Shown piece by piece: positions 12,126 through 23,917 of a stretch of DNA of 51,161 bases. This DNA is from Octopus bimaculoides (Eukaryota). Position numbers and translations under genes: made by a program. The stretch is taken from contig NC_068981.1 in assembly GCF_001194135.2 (NCBI RefSeq), positions 87,188,465-87,239,625 of the forward strand, read 5' to 3'. Every line of letters starts with the position of its first letter. The first letter of the stretch is position 1. Under the pieces are notes generated by a model that did no database searches, had not been told where the DNA came from, and was given only the letters and a program-made list of their open reading frames with translations.

Positions 12126-13344
12126 TTTGTTTTCTTCTTTCTTATGTGTGTCTCACCTTGCTAACTATCAGCCATTTTGTATTTTGTATTCCTATTGTAT
12201 GTGTCTACGCATGCGTATCCTTCAACGTGTCTATGTTTTTGTAAGTGCATGTGTGTGTATGGGCAGTGTCTGTATTATCTATATTCTCTGTTAATACATG
12301 TTCGTTTGTATTTGTTTTTATTTATTTATTTGTTCATGTGTGTTTTTTTTGTGTTTAATTAAATTTTGTTAACGTATGTAGTATTTAATTCCATTTGTTT
12401 ATCTATGTATTNNNNNNNNNNNNNNNNNNNNNNNNNNNNNNNNNNNNNNNNNNNNNNNNNNNNNNNNNNNNNNNNNNNNNNNNNNNNNNNNNNNNNNNNN
12501 NNNNNNNNNNNNNNNNNNNNNNNNNNNNNNNNNNNNNNNNNNNNNNNNNNNNNNNNNNNNNNNNNNNNNNNNNNNNNNNNNNNNNNNNNNNNNNNNNNNN
12601 NNNNNNNNNNNNNNNNNNNNNNNNNNNNNNNNNNNNNNNNNNNNNNNNNNNNNNNNNNNNNNNNNNNNNNNNNNNNNNNNNNNNNNNNNNNNNNNNNNNN
12701 NNNNNNNNNNNNNNNNNNNNNNNNNNNNNNNNNNNNNNNNNNNNNNNNNNNNNNNNNNNNNNNNNNNNNNNNNNNNNNNNNNNNNNNNNNNNNNNNNNNN
12801 NNNNNNNNNNNNNNNNNNNNNNNNNNNNNNNNNNNNNNNNNNNNNNNNNNNNNNNNNNNNNNNNNNNNNNNNNNNNNNNNNNNNNNNNNNNNNNNNNNNN
12901 NNNNNNNNNNNNNNNNNNNNNNNNNNNNNNNNNNNNNNNNNNNNNNNNNNNNNNNNNNNNNNNNNNNNNNNNNNNNNNNNNNNNNNNNNNNNNNNNNACC
13001 ACAACATGTGACAATACGTTCCCCATAAACCAATAATAACATGAACAAAATATAATACAATACATAGATAAACAAATGGAATTAAATACTACATACGTTA
13101 ACAAAATTTAATTAAACACAAAAAAAACACACATGAACAAATAAATAAATAAAAACAAATACAAACGAACATGTATTAACAGAGAATATAGATAATACAG
13201 ACACTGCCCATACACACACATGCACTTACAAAAACATAGACACGTTGAAGGATACGCATGCGTAGACACATACAATAGGAATACAAAATACAAAATGGCT
13301 GATAGTTAGCAAGGTGAGACACACATAAGAAAGAAGAAAACAAA

Positions 13345-13389
13345 GGACCACTGGTGGGGTCACAGAAGTGTGACGAAAGAACTCTGGCC
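13345..13389 (+). ncRNA. Inactivated mirror copy of the 12081-12125 hammerhead
   Basis: Identical except core CTGGTGG instead of CTGATGA (A6G at 13354, A9G at 13357). Confidence 0.8.
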
Positions 13390-13651
13390 GAAATAAGATT
13401 AATGTAATATAAAGCTGAAGCAAATTAACACCAAATATACAGTGCGTGTGTTTTTATTGGCTAAACTGGCAATATGACCANNNNNNNNNNATACAGTGCG
13501 TGTGTTTTTATTGGCTAAACTGGCAATATGACCATCCCCAAGTACAACAACATTTGTTTCAACACACGATTTCACATCAAAAATCTTGCAAAACAAATAT
13601 GTAAACGGAATAGTAAATTGATAAAGCATAAAAAATATATAGTAATAAGTT

Positions 13652-13758
13652 GACTACGCGTGTTTCGTGGCTATATTAAAACAGATAAAATCAATTCAAT
13701 TCAAAAATAAATCGATCCAAATTTAATTCTATTTAAAAATATAGTCACTCCTCAGGTC
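13652..13758 (-). ncRNA. Type-I hammerhead motif with long stem II insert, intact core
   Basis: GAC-CTGAGGA-GTGACTATA...(~65 nt)...TATAGCCAC-GAAA-CACGC-GTA^GTC. Stem II 8/9 bp; stem I GAC/GTC; palindromic ACGCGT in stem III. Confidence 0.8.
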
Positions 13759-14277
13759 TAGAATAAAAATAAAAATCAATGTACGTATCTTACCACATAA
13801 TAATTAATTAAAAATAGAAATACATATAGAAAAATACGTGTTAGTACAATAAATAAATGAAAAACATTTAATAATATTACTTAAAATTAAAAGCATAATT
13901 TATCTTATCGAATAATTAGTGTGAACTAATAATAATCATCCATTAAGAAAAGAAATGAATATAGAAAAATCTGTCATCCACTTTGAGTTTTGGTTATGGT
14001 TTTGGCTGATGTTAGACAGACAGAAAAACAGACAAGTAGACAGACAGGCAGACAGGCAGACAGACACGTTTTTGTAGTTATAACGTTTGGAAAATACTGC
14101 TCTAATATATGCATATAATGCTACCCTTAAATTGTAACCCACACTAAAAAGTTTGATCAAGAGTATAGACTTTCATAGTTAAGATAATCTCCATTCATTA
14201 TATGAAAAATGTTTTCAGAAAGCTTAATACCATCCATCAAAGGAAATATTTTCTTTCAGTTACTTAAATTTGCTTAC

Positions 14278-14355
14278 CTGACGTAACATGGCCTTGAACA
14301 ATCCAGCTCGCAATTTCAAGGTTAACTTTTCACCACTTATTCCAAACATCAAATA
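14278..14355 (-). CDS. ABCB1: ABCB1-like exon (78 nt)
   Basis: ctttttag|TAT...CAG|gtaagc. Translates YLMFGISGEKLTLKLRAGLFKAMLRQ. Confidence 0.97.
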
Positions 14356-14584
14356 CTAAAAAGAAATAATTATCAAGTTACATTTTTAGGAGAACCTTTT
14401 TCCATCGCATGTCTCTTTGTAGGCATACAGCCATAAAAACGTAATATTTGTTGACAGTATTACTAAAGGGCTAAAACATACTATGGAACTGATAATGATT
14501 TATGGGTGTAAAATGTTGCCATTGCTAGCTATATACTGTGCCATTATTTATTCACTGAAGTTACCATATCAAATAAAATTTGCA

Positions 14585-14865
14585 TTTTTCTGCAATGCTG
14601 AAGTTTGTCTTAATCCATGGCTATTTCCTGTGCTGACAGTGCTTCATCAACCAAGAGGAGGTGGAAGCTTCAGCGAAGGAGTTCTTTCCCTCAAAGGACA
14701 AGAACTGGTATCAGCATGGGATCAAAGAGCTGGAAGAAAGGCGGCTTCAGATGGTGCAATATGATGGCCTCTACTTTGAATGCTAGGCTACTTTTGTTGT
14801 AGCTTGACAAATAAAGCAAATAAGTTACCAAAACATTGCAAAGCTTTTGACTCAACACAGTATTA
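14585..14865 (+). mobile_element. Mariner 3' fragment
   Basis: FINQEEVEASAKEFFPSKDKNWYQHGIKELEERRLQMVQYDGLYFEC* matches a mariner transposase C-terminus. Confidence 0.8.
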
Positions 14866-15342
14866 GTGCTTCATACAGTATACTCATAATAATTCACAAT
14901 GGTTTAATTACTAAAATTGGACTCATGCAATATTTTATGAGCATTGATCCTTGGATTTGTAAAAGCAGTTACACAGAATTGTTTAATATAAAGATATTAT
15001 TGGAAGAAATACGTTTTAATTTCTTTTCATCTTGCCTGCTATTAATTCTGCCTATCTAACATGATGGCAATAAATAAAGAATGATTGAATTTATATACTC
15101 TATATTTAAGTATGATATTTACTCTTTGATATTCTTCAAGGGAATAGCTGTAAGAGATTTGTAATAAAAAGAAACATAAGTATTTTTCACAAATGTGGAT
15201 AATTTTAGCCCATAAGAAAAATAAGGTCGCAGCTATTAATCTTCACAGATTAAATTGCATAAATCATAAAAACTTTAAATTGATATTAGTCAAGAAATGA
15301 GAAAAGTGGAAATTTGAAAGTGGTACAGAAAATGGTTCGTGA

Positions 15343-16542
15343 TACTAGAGTTTGCTGAAAGTGATGCAAAAGTAGGTATATCCTTTTTATAAACTGACAG
15401 GTCATTCAAATTGATGTTAATAGAGTAACTCTTCTTTCTGTTCTCCTTCAGGTAAATAAGAGGTTCTGAGCAAAGGCAACATGTTGTTATTGATTTCTTG
15501 ACGATGAAGGGTGCAGGTTGTTCGATATTCACAGAAAGTTACAAGTTGTTAACATAGATGACCCACTGACAAAAGCAATGTGCATGAACAGTTTAAAGAG
15601 AGGGAAACCAGAACTGATGACCAAAATGCAGTGGAAGATCATCAATTGTGACCACTGTCATGAATCACTAGCGAATGGACGAATTGTTTTGTACAGGTGG
15701 GCAATTCACAATGCATGAAATTGCTGTACAACTGGACTGTGGTCACAATGCATTACAGAAGATAGTGGAAGGCACTGGGTATTGGCAAGTGTGTGCAAAG
15801 TGGTATTACAGCAGTTGACATCTGATTTGAAGGTGAGAAATCTGAAAGTAAGCTATTTTCTGCTAGAAGCATTTGAAGTCAATGAAGAAGTACTTATTCT
15901 CGTTTGGCTAGTGGATAAAATGTAAGCATATCATTATGATCTAGAAATGAAGGCTCAGTCCATGGAATGGCATTATACCTCTTCTCTAAGACCTCAGAAG
16001 TGCAAGAGCCAGTTTTGGAGGATGACAAGGGCATCATTTTCTTTGATTTTCTAGAATGTAGCTGTACTATGAATAGCAAGAGGTACATTGAGACACTCAT
16101 AAAGAGGAAGAGACCAAACGAGAGGCTGAAAATTATTCACATTCATCATGACAGTGCACGACTACACACACTTTGGTAACAAATCAAGCAATCAGCAAAA
16201 TGAGCTGGTCAGTGATTTCCCCGTTTACTGTACAACCTGGATCTGGTGTCCACCAACTTCTGATGTTCAGTCCAATTAAAGATAGTTTTCAGGGGCACAG
16301 ACGAGGTAAAGATGGTTATGAAGAAGTGCACTCTTGATTTTTTTTCAAAGAGTATTTAAAAATTGTGTTCACCGATGGTGCAGACGCATTGCTTGTGATA
16401 GAGACTATATTTAGTCTCTATATTGAGTCTCTCTGTTGAGAGAAAAGTTACTATAACAAGATATGCAAATTGAGCAACTTTAATGTTTGTTAATAAAACA
16501 CGTTTCACTCATTCTTGCATTACTTTTGATATAACCCTCATA
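15343..16542 (+). mobile_element. Mariner element, full-length but heavily decayed
   Basis: QRQHVVIDFLT...DIHRKLQ; DDKGIIFFDFLE...TMNSKRYIETL...IHHDSAR. Right TIR tgcattacttttgatataaccctcata, degenerate left TIR near 15343. Confidence 0.8.
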
Positions 16543-17156
16543 AGATGCTAAGCATGGTGAGACTAGCATTGAATAACATCACAGATTTTACTATTTTAAA
16601 CAGAAGATATATTGCAATAGAAGTTCATCACTTGTTCAAATATCAGAGCCCAAGACATCATGATGTGCAATCAACCAAGAAATCAGCAGCAATATTTTCA
16701 AAGACTGACCGTCTAACAACTTCAAATTAATATTTAAAATCATCAGCATTACTTGATAAGCTGCCATCATAGATGTACAGAAACGATTTGCTTTAATAAA
16801 GCCTTAATGATGAAATAAATCAAAGATGACCCAGACTGTCTATCATCAGCATTGTCACACTACTCTGGTTGAAACGCTTTGCTCTCAAAGGACCAGTCCA
16901 CAAACGTAAGGACAATTTTTCATTGTAAAATTGATGACTTTCTTGATAGCTTATATCTTTTGGTTTAACCTTTTTTGTAGGCTTAATCTAGAGACAGGTG
17001 CACTCTGCCAGACTGGACTGGCACCTACTGCAAAATGAGTATTATGAGTAATTACAGAGATTAAAAAAGAAAGATTCTAAGTGTAGGATAATTATTAATC
17101 CTTATGACTTATTGTAAGAGTTAATAGAGTTAAATAAACATCATACAATAACTTAC

Positions 17157-17246
17157 TTGAACTGAATAACCCATAAATACCAATACAGCAAGCAAAAGAA
17201 TAAGGAGTGCAAACCTATTAACTGCAGAACCATCACCCTGAAATGC
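17157..17246 (-). CDS. ABCB1: ABCB1-like exon, ECL4/TM8 (90 nt)
   Basis: cttttgcag|GCA...CAA|gtaagt. Translates AFQGDGSAVNRFALLILLLAVLVFMGYSVQ, a hydrophobic helix ending in Q like human ...TFFLQ. Confidence 0.93.
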
Positions 17247-18449
17247 CTGCAAAAGATATAAAGATAAAAAGTTCTGGTGTAAACCTAGTCATGATATATA
17301 TACATACATACATACATACATACATACATACATACATACATGCATACATATATATATATATANNNNNNNNNNNNNNNNNNNNNNNNNNNNNNNNNNNNNN
17401 NNNNNNNNNNNNNNNNNNNNNNNNNNNNNNNNNNNNNNNNNNNNNNNNNNNNNNNNNNNNNNNNNNNNNNNNNNNNNNNNNNNNNNNNNNNNNNNNNNNN
17501 NNNNNNNNNNNNNNNNNNNNNNNNNNNNNNNNNNNNNNNNNNNNNNNNNNNNNNNNNNNNNNNNNNNNNNNNNNNNNNNNNNNNNNNNNNNNNNNNNNNN
17601 NNNNNNNNNNNNNNNNNNNNNNNNNNNNNNNNNNNNNNNNNNNNNNNNNNNNNNNNNNNNNNNNNNNNNNNNNNNNNNNNNNNNNNNNNNNNNNNNNNNN
17701 NNNNNNNNNNNNNNNNNNNNNNNNNNNNNNNNNNNNNNNNNNNNNNNNNNNNNNNNNNNNNNNNNNNNNNNNNNNNNNNNNNNNNNNNNNNNNNNNNNNN
17801 NNNNNNNNNNNNNNNNNNNNNNNNNNNNNNNNNNNNNNNNNNNNNNNNNNNNNNNNNNNNNNNNNNNNNNNNNNNNNNNNNNNNNNNNNNNNNNNNNNNN
17901 NNNNNNNNNNNNNNNNNNNNNNNNNNNNNNNNNNNNNNNNNNNNNNNNNNTACATATATGTATGTATGTAGTTGAAAATATGTGTAAAAAAAATATAAAA
18001 AGTGGAAGAGAAATGCCTTCGTCTCATATAGTTTAATATCTTTTAATAAATATATACATATTGTATGGATGTCGTGAAATCCAACCAGTTTTCGCTATTT
18101 AAATTACCTTTTCAGGGGACATTGTACAGTGATCAGTCCTTGTGACAGAGGGGTTTCCTCATTTTGGATGTTTGAAGAATAAGAAGAATGATGAGTTTAG
18201 AGAGTGAATCAAGGGGAGCAACAGGTGGCAATGGGGACAACTGGCTCCTTAGTAGATTTTTTTTTTTAAATGGTCAAAGTTGTATATTGAGGTGTGGTCT
18301 GTATTTTTGTATGAACAGGTTTTCCTTGTTTAGGCGTTCTTGTACTGAGATTGAATCTTTACATTGGTATAATGGGAAGTTATGAAAATTCGGCGTTTTT
18401 TTGCTTGCGCATCTATCAATGTGGCCACTCAGTGCTATCTGCGTGTACT

Positions 18450-18664
18450 GAGGTGCCAGTACCACCTGAGTGGCCTTCGTGCCGGTGGCACGTAAAAGCA
18501 CCCACTACACTCTCAGAGTGGTTAGCGTTAGGAAGGGCATCCAGCTGTAGAAACTCTGCCAAATCAGATTAGAGCCTGGTGTAACCATCTGGTTCACCAG
18601 TCGTCAGTCAAATCGTCCAACCCATGCTAGCATGGAAAGCGGACGTTAAACGATGATGATGATG
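18450..18664 (+). mobile_element. RTE 3' end or RTE-tailed SINE
   Basis: gccggtggcacgtaaaagcacc...ttaggaagggcatccagctg...ccatgctagcatggaaagcggacgttaaacgatgatgat. Further minus-strand copies at ~21742-21930, ~22129-22325 and ~34196-34320. Confidence 0.8.
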
Positions 18665-18740
18665 ATATATATATATATATATATATATATCGACAGACAT
18701 AAATAGACAGAAACATACATAGACAGACAGACAGACAGAC

Positions 18741-18836
<96 letters not shown>

Positions 18837-18935
18837 GGATAGGTGGATGGATGGATGGATGATTGGATGGATGGATGATTGGATGGATGGATGGATTGAT
18901 TGATTGATTTCTTTCTTTCTTTCTTTCTTTCTTTA
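18665..18935. repeat. Compound microsatellite (AT)n-(GACA)n-(GATA)n-(GGAT)n-(CTTT)n
   Basis: Direct reading; one of many AT, CA, TACA and GATA tracts in the window. Confidence 0.95.
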
Positions 18936-19790
18936 TTAGCTACGCAGGGCCAAACACAGAGGGGACAATACAATGTAGATTTTTTTCTTTTCAAAAACAA
19001 TCAAAAGAGATCAAAAACATTTTGGGACATGTACACAAGAAAATAACAAAAGTATCCTTTTTAACAATTAGAGTTTCCAAAAGTGGGGAGTAAATATAAC
19101 ATTGACTAGGTTTATCCGTGGAAAGAAAAACCAACGAAAAAGAACCATGGTAACCTCAGAAATGAAAAAAAGCAATAACATGAGAGCAAAGTGCTCTTTC
19201 TCTTTTTGCTTTATAGGATCATGCTCAAGGTGGTTCTGTCATTCGTGCGTATCATCGTAGCCACATTTACCCACCTTTTGTTAAACTTTTCATTAGACAA
19301 AACTTCCCTCTCTATTTTCATCTTCCTTTTCAAATGATACTTGAAAAAATTGATGAAAACTTGACCAGAGAGGAAAGTGTTTGTCTCTAAACTTTTCAAA
19401 CAAGTCCACCATACACATTCTTCCACCATAGCCACCAATACAATGAAAATTGCCTTCCTTCCCAGTTAAAGGAAAGTGGCTGGGCAGCATTCACGATAGA
19501 CTTGGCTGACAATCGAATTCATCCCACACGCGACAGCAGCCGTTTGACATAGGCCCAAAAGTCTGAAATGTTTGGACATAGCATGAGTGCGTGCAGAACA
19601 GTTTTGTCGCTCAGGCCACATCTCGGGCAGGTCGGTCTGGTGTTTCTTGAACCATGTCTGTAAAGCTTATCTCGAACAGGCAATGCTTCTCAATATCACT
19701 GCCAGGCAAGGGGTCTCTGGAAATTGTTCAAAGGTCTTGGCCAGAAAGTGGTCCTGAAGAGGCGGGTCAGGTATAACCCGTGGGCATAGA
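18930..19790 (-). mobile_element. Tx1/L1-clade LINE ORF2 3' fragment
   Basis: FQRPLAWQ...EALPVRDKLYRHG...PTCPRCG...TVLHALMLC (zf-RVT-like) and FFKYHLKRKMKIEREVLS...KRWVNVA. Confidence 0.75.
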
Positions 19791-20154
19791 GACAGTGACA
19801 GTGGTGGTGAAGACAGAGAGAGAGAGAAAGAAAGAAAAAGAGAGGGAGAGAAAGAGAGACAAAGAAATTTAGGGAGAGTTGATGTTTTATTAGAAATAGT
19901 TGTGTTGATGGTGGCAGTGGGAGTAATAATAAAAGAGAGAGGAAGAGTGGGTATGTGAGAGAAAGAGGAAGATGATGTATAACTTTGTTTAACCATGTCT
20001 CTTTGACAGAAATTCTTGTCACCAACATACTGAACACTCATTTTGTTTTATTTCTTGCACACGCACACACCCACACACACACATATAAAATAATAAATGT
20101 GAATATCAGTGTGTCGCGCTTTTTCAACTTTAATAAATCCTTTCTACTGAAAGC

Positions 20155-20345
20155 ACAAGGCCTCAAATTTTGGGGGAAAAGATTAAGTCCATTACATTGA
20201 CACCAGTACATAACTGGTACTAATTTTATCGATCTTAAATGGATGAAAAGCAAAGTCGACTTCGGTGGAATTCAAACTCAAAACCTAATGGCAGACAAAA
20301 TATTGCTAAGCCTGGCATGCTAACGATTCTGCCAGCTCACCCCTT
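20155..20345 (-). mobile_element. SINE family B (tRNA head plus Meta/MESC-like central domain)
   Basis: gagctggcagaatcgttagc...gagtttgaattccaccgaagtcgactttgcttttcatcc...gatcgataaaattagtaccag. The central-domain name is from memory. Confidence 0.8.
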
Positions 20346-23214
20346 GATATAATATAACAAATGTGAACGTCAGTGTGTCAGTGTGTCACGCTTTTTCAAC
20401 TTTACTCCTAGAGGCCGTAGCCCAACATATCATACCATTTTGGAATCAGGCTGACTCCATGTGTAAATTAAAAAACGTTCCAGGCCGAATCCAGGCCTAC
20501 AGTCCTGAAATATAAACAAATTTTACTGAGGCAAACTAAAGAGACCAAAAAGTATCTAAAGAGTGCAATAGGAGTCCGATAGACACTGAGCAGATAAGGT
20601 GTTTTCACACCTTTGTTAAACTGCAACGAAACTGCCTATATTAATTAAAATTCGTACACAAACTTTCCAACTAACCTAAAGTTTGTTTTTTTCTTATCAC
20701 TACTACTACTATATTTGTTCTGATCAGGCAGTCTGCAAGTGCAAGTCAACCACTAGTATTGACTATTCCATTTTAAAGTAACAGCTTTCTCATCAGCTCA
20801 GGGTATCTTCCACTGATGAAGACCATGGAGCCAGAAATGCCTCAGGGAGTCTGAAAGAGAATGGCAATAAGCAGATAAAGTGCCTTTGCACTCTTTATCA
20901 AAACCGAGAATTTTTTATGCATACCAAACTGCAGTGAGATTGCCGTTAAAAATAAAAATAATGTCACAAACATATTTGAACAAACTTAAAGTTTGCTTAA
21001 TTCTCATCATTGCTTTGCACTGCAACTACGTGTGTGTGTGTGTGTGGATGGAGGGAGAGAGAGAGGGAGAGAGAGAGGGAGAGAGAGAGAGAGAGCAGCT
21101 TAACGCAATGAATCAAACAGAATGAGACAAAAGTACATACCCTAAAGTTGAAATCAATAGTTTGGATATCACAAAGTACTAAAATGTGTGATTTGATACT
21201 ATCGTACTTTATGAAGATTATTGACTTCAGTTAGCGTACACTACATACTTGTATATAATGACCTATTGAATTAGAGTTACATTCTTAACATTGTCTCTTT
21301 CATGGATCGTTTTCCCCAGCAACAACAATAATATTTTTACTGAATTACAACACTTCAAATATAGAGATCTGTTAATGTAATCTTGTAAAGTAGGAAGGGA
21401 TGACCTATTTGATAAAGTACACAACTAATCCTAGAAACAGGTTACGAGTACACATATCTTAAGGGTATAATGAAATGTCAACACCATAAATTGTCCCTAT
21501 GAAGTCAATATTTTTCTGCTAAATTCTGTAAGATCAACCTTTCTTTGATAAGAATATCAAACTAACCGAAAGAAATGTTGGCAAAAGACTGTGTACTTAT
21601 TAACCTCAGCTACTTAAATTAAAATGTAGATAATGAAATAACTTTTTCCAAAAGAAAATGAAATTGTTGAACTTAGTGTTTAGGATTGAGTAGTGGATAG
21701 TGCACTACATCTGTTGCTCAACTATTTTGCCTCTACAGTAAATCATCATCAGCACATCAGCAGCATTGTTTAATGCCCGTTTTCCATGCTGGCATGGGTT
21801 GGACGGTTTGATAGGAGCTTGCCAGCTGGAGAGCTATCTAGACTTCAATTGTTTGTTTTGGCATGGTTTTATTTTTTTATGGCTGGATGCCCTTCCTAAT
21901 GTCCACCACTTTACAAAATGTGCTGGATCCTTTTTAACACACTCTGTAAAGTGGGTATGGATATTTTAAAATGTTTGAAGAATTAATCTTTTTCTTTATC
22001 TATTTTAGAAAGTGTTCCTTTGAAATTCAAGACATACGACATCTCAACATTTTTTTAATGAGAGACAACAACATTTCCCCTGGTGCAGAGGTTGGCTCTT
22101 TTGGAAACGTGCTAGATTTATCATCATCATCATCATCATCATAATCATTTAACATATTCCTTCCATGCTGGCATGGGTTGGATGGTTTGACAGGAGATGG
22201 CCAGGCAGAAGACTGCACCATACTTCTGTGTTGGTTTTAGTGTGGTTTTTTACAGCTGGATGCCCTTCCCAACACCAACCACACAGCAGAGTGGACTGAG
22301 TACTTTTTACATGGCACCAACACAGTAAAATAAAGAAAGCAGGATTGTACATAGCTTATAGAAACACACCAAGGTGGGGAAGTCGTAATCTTTTAAACCG
22401 GTGAAGCTTTTGTTTTTTTTCGAAATGAAGGAATCTGATTGAGTTGAGGCCACTACAAAAACAAGACTTTTGTTCTATTTTCTGATCCTAAATTTTATTA
22501 TTCACTAACCAAAGATGGATAAAGAAGAAAAAAAAGAAGAATTTATATATAGAACATCACATATTGAATAAAATCAGTGGGCTGGATGAAATGAAACAGT
22601 TTGCTGGATTTAGCTTGTAAGTCTTTGTTTTCTGATCTAGCACATGAAGAATCACAAAATTTTATGCCAAAATAACTGAAATATCGTATTCTACTAAATA
22701 ATTGGGTGGATTGCATTACAGACAATGATGGAAAGAGCATAAAAATCAAGTTATCAATATTTATTTGTTGTGGGGCCTTTGTACTATTTGAAACAGAGAT
22801 TTTGTTATAAAATGTACTTTCTAACTTATTCATTTGTTTCATTGATGAAAACATTAAAATCAGTATATTATTTTAAGAAATACTTCCCAACAGTTATCAA
22901 TGGAAGTTTTCACAAATGAATGCTTTGTTGTAATCACAAATCTTTATTGCATAAGTCTTTTGTTAAGTGACTTATTGGTGACTAGATTATATGATAGATT
23001 AGACTATGATAATATACTGATGCAACAAGATTATATTTCAATAATACCACATTTTGTTTTATTTGTAGAAGTTTACTTTCCTAAATATAGCCTGATGAAA
23101 TATTAAGAAAACTATGTTATGCAATTCCCTATGCTGATAAATTGAGAATCTTAATGAATCTACATTTGAGGTATTAAAAAATTTGTCAATCTTCCAAAAA
23201 AACATTTTAATATC

Positions 23215-23374
23215 TTCTTTTACCATTTATTTCTCACTTATTTCAGTCATTGGACTGAGGCCATACTGGAGCACTGTCTTGAAGGGTTTAATTGAACAAA
23301 TTGACCTTGGTATTCATTTTTGAAGTTTGATACTTATTCTGTTGATCACTTTTATTGAACTGATAAGTTACAAG

Positions 23375-23407
<33 letters not shown>

Positions 23408-23545
23408 CAGGGCCTTCTACATAGTTTCAGTCTACCAAATTCACCGACAAGACATTGGTAGTCCTCGGGCTATGGCAAAAGAGACTTGCTTAAGATGTCA
23501 TGCAGGGGGATTGAACCCGAAACCACCTGACAGCCAAGCCTGTGC
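23215..23545 (-). mobile_element. SINE family A, diverged copy
   Basis: Tail tttcagtcattggactgaggccatactggagcac and head ggattgaacccgaaacc on the plus strand. Confidence 0.75.
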
Positions 23546-23770
23546 CCATAATTACTTTGTAACTTTTGTGAGAAATTTAGTACTTTTAAGTTCATACCAA
23601 ACAAAATGCTTCATGACATGTCTTCTTGTTTTACATTCTGAGTTCATTTTTGGGGGTATCAGTTGAGCACTGGGGTTGATGTAATCAATTGGACCCTGCC
23701 CCAGAAATTTCATACTTTGTGCCTATTGTAGAAAAGTATTTAAAACATCAATCAAATCAATTTTACTTAC

Positions 23771-23917
23771 GCCTATGAACTCACTAAATATTATTGCAAA
23801 TGCAGGTATAACAGCACCATTTACTGCAGAAGCAAGCAACCCAATGAGGATATAAGGCCATTCTGATGAGTTCATTTTAAAAATTCGCATTGTACTCGCT
23901 TCAGGGAGATCTTTTTC
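23771..23917 (-). CDS. ABCB1: ABCB1-like exon, TM7 (147 nt)
   Basis: aactccag|GAA...GGC|gtaagt. Translates EKDLPEASTMRIFKMNSSEWPYILIGLLASAVNGAVIPAFAIIFSEFIG (EW...PAFAIIFS motif). Confidence 0.97.

Larger units (their letters stand above)
11972..13551. repeat. ~440-bp inverted repeat (arms 11972-12411 and 13059-13551) around an N gap; pseudo-LTR-like
   Basis: Arms aligned by eye are identical except three A/G sites and one TG/CA dinucleotide. Each arm carries the same HHR. The right arm contains a short overlap duplicated across a 10-N gap. Confidence 0.9.

Noticed and set aside
13481-13530. Tandem duplication of ~50 bp across a 10-N gap
   Set aside because: Typical contig-overlap scaffolding artefact.
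15431-15460. Recursive-splice-like cag|gtaaat motif
   Set aside because: On the plus strand (antisense to the gene) and inside a mariner relic.
20750-20851. Strong minus-strand acceptor ctctttcag, considered as an ABCB exon
   Set aside because: Stops in all three frames, and the expected exon was found at 17157-17246.
23082-23125. CTGATGA...GAAA motif
   Set aside because: No pairing stem II and no stem I closure, so not counted as a hammerhead.
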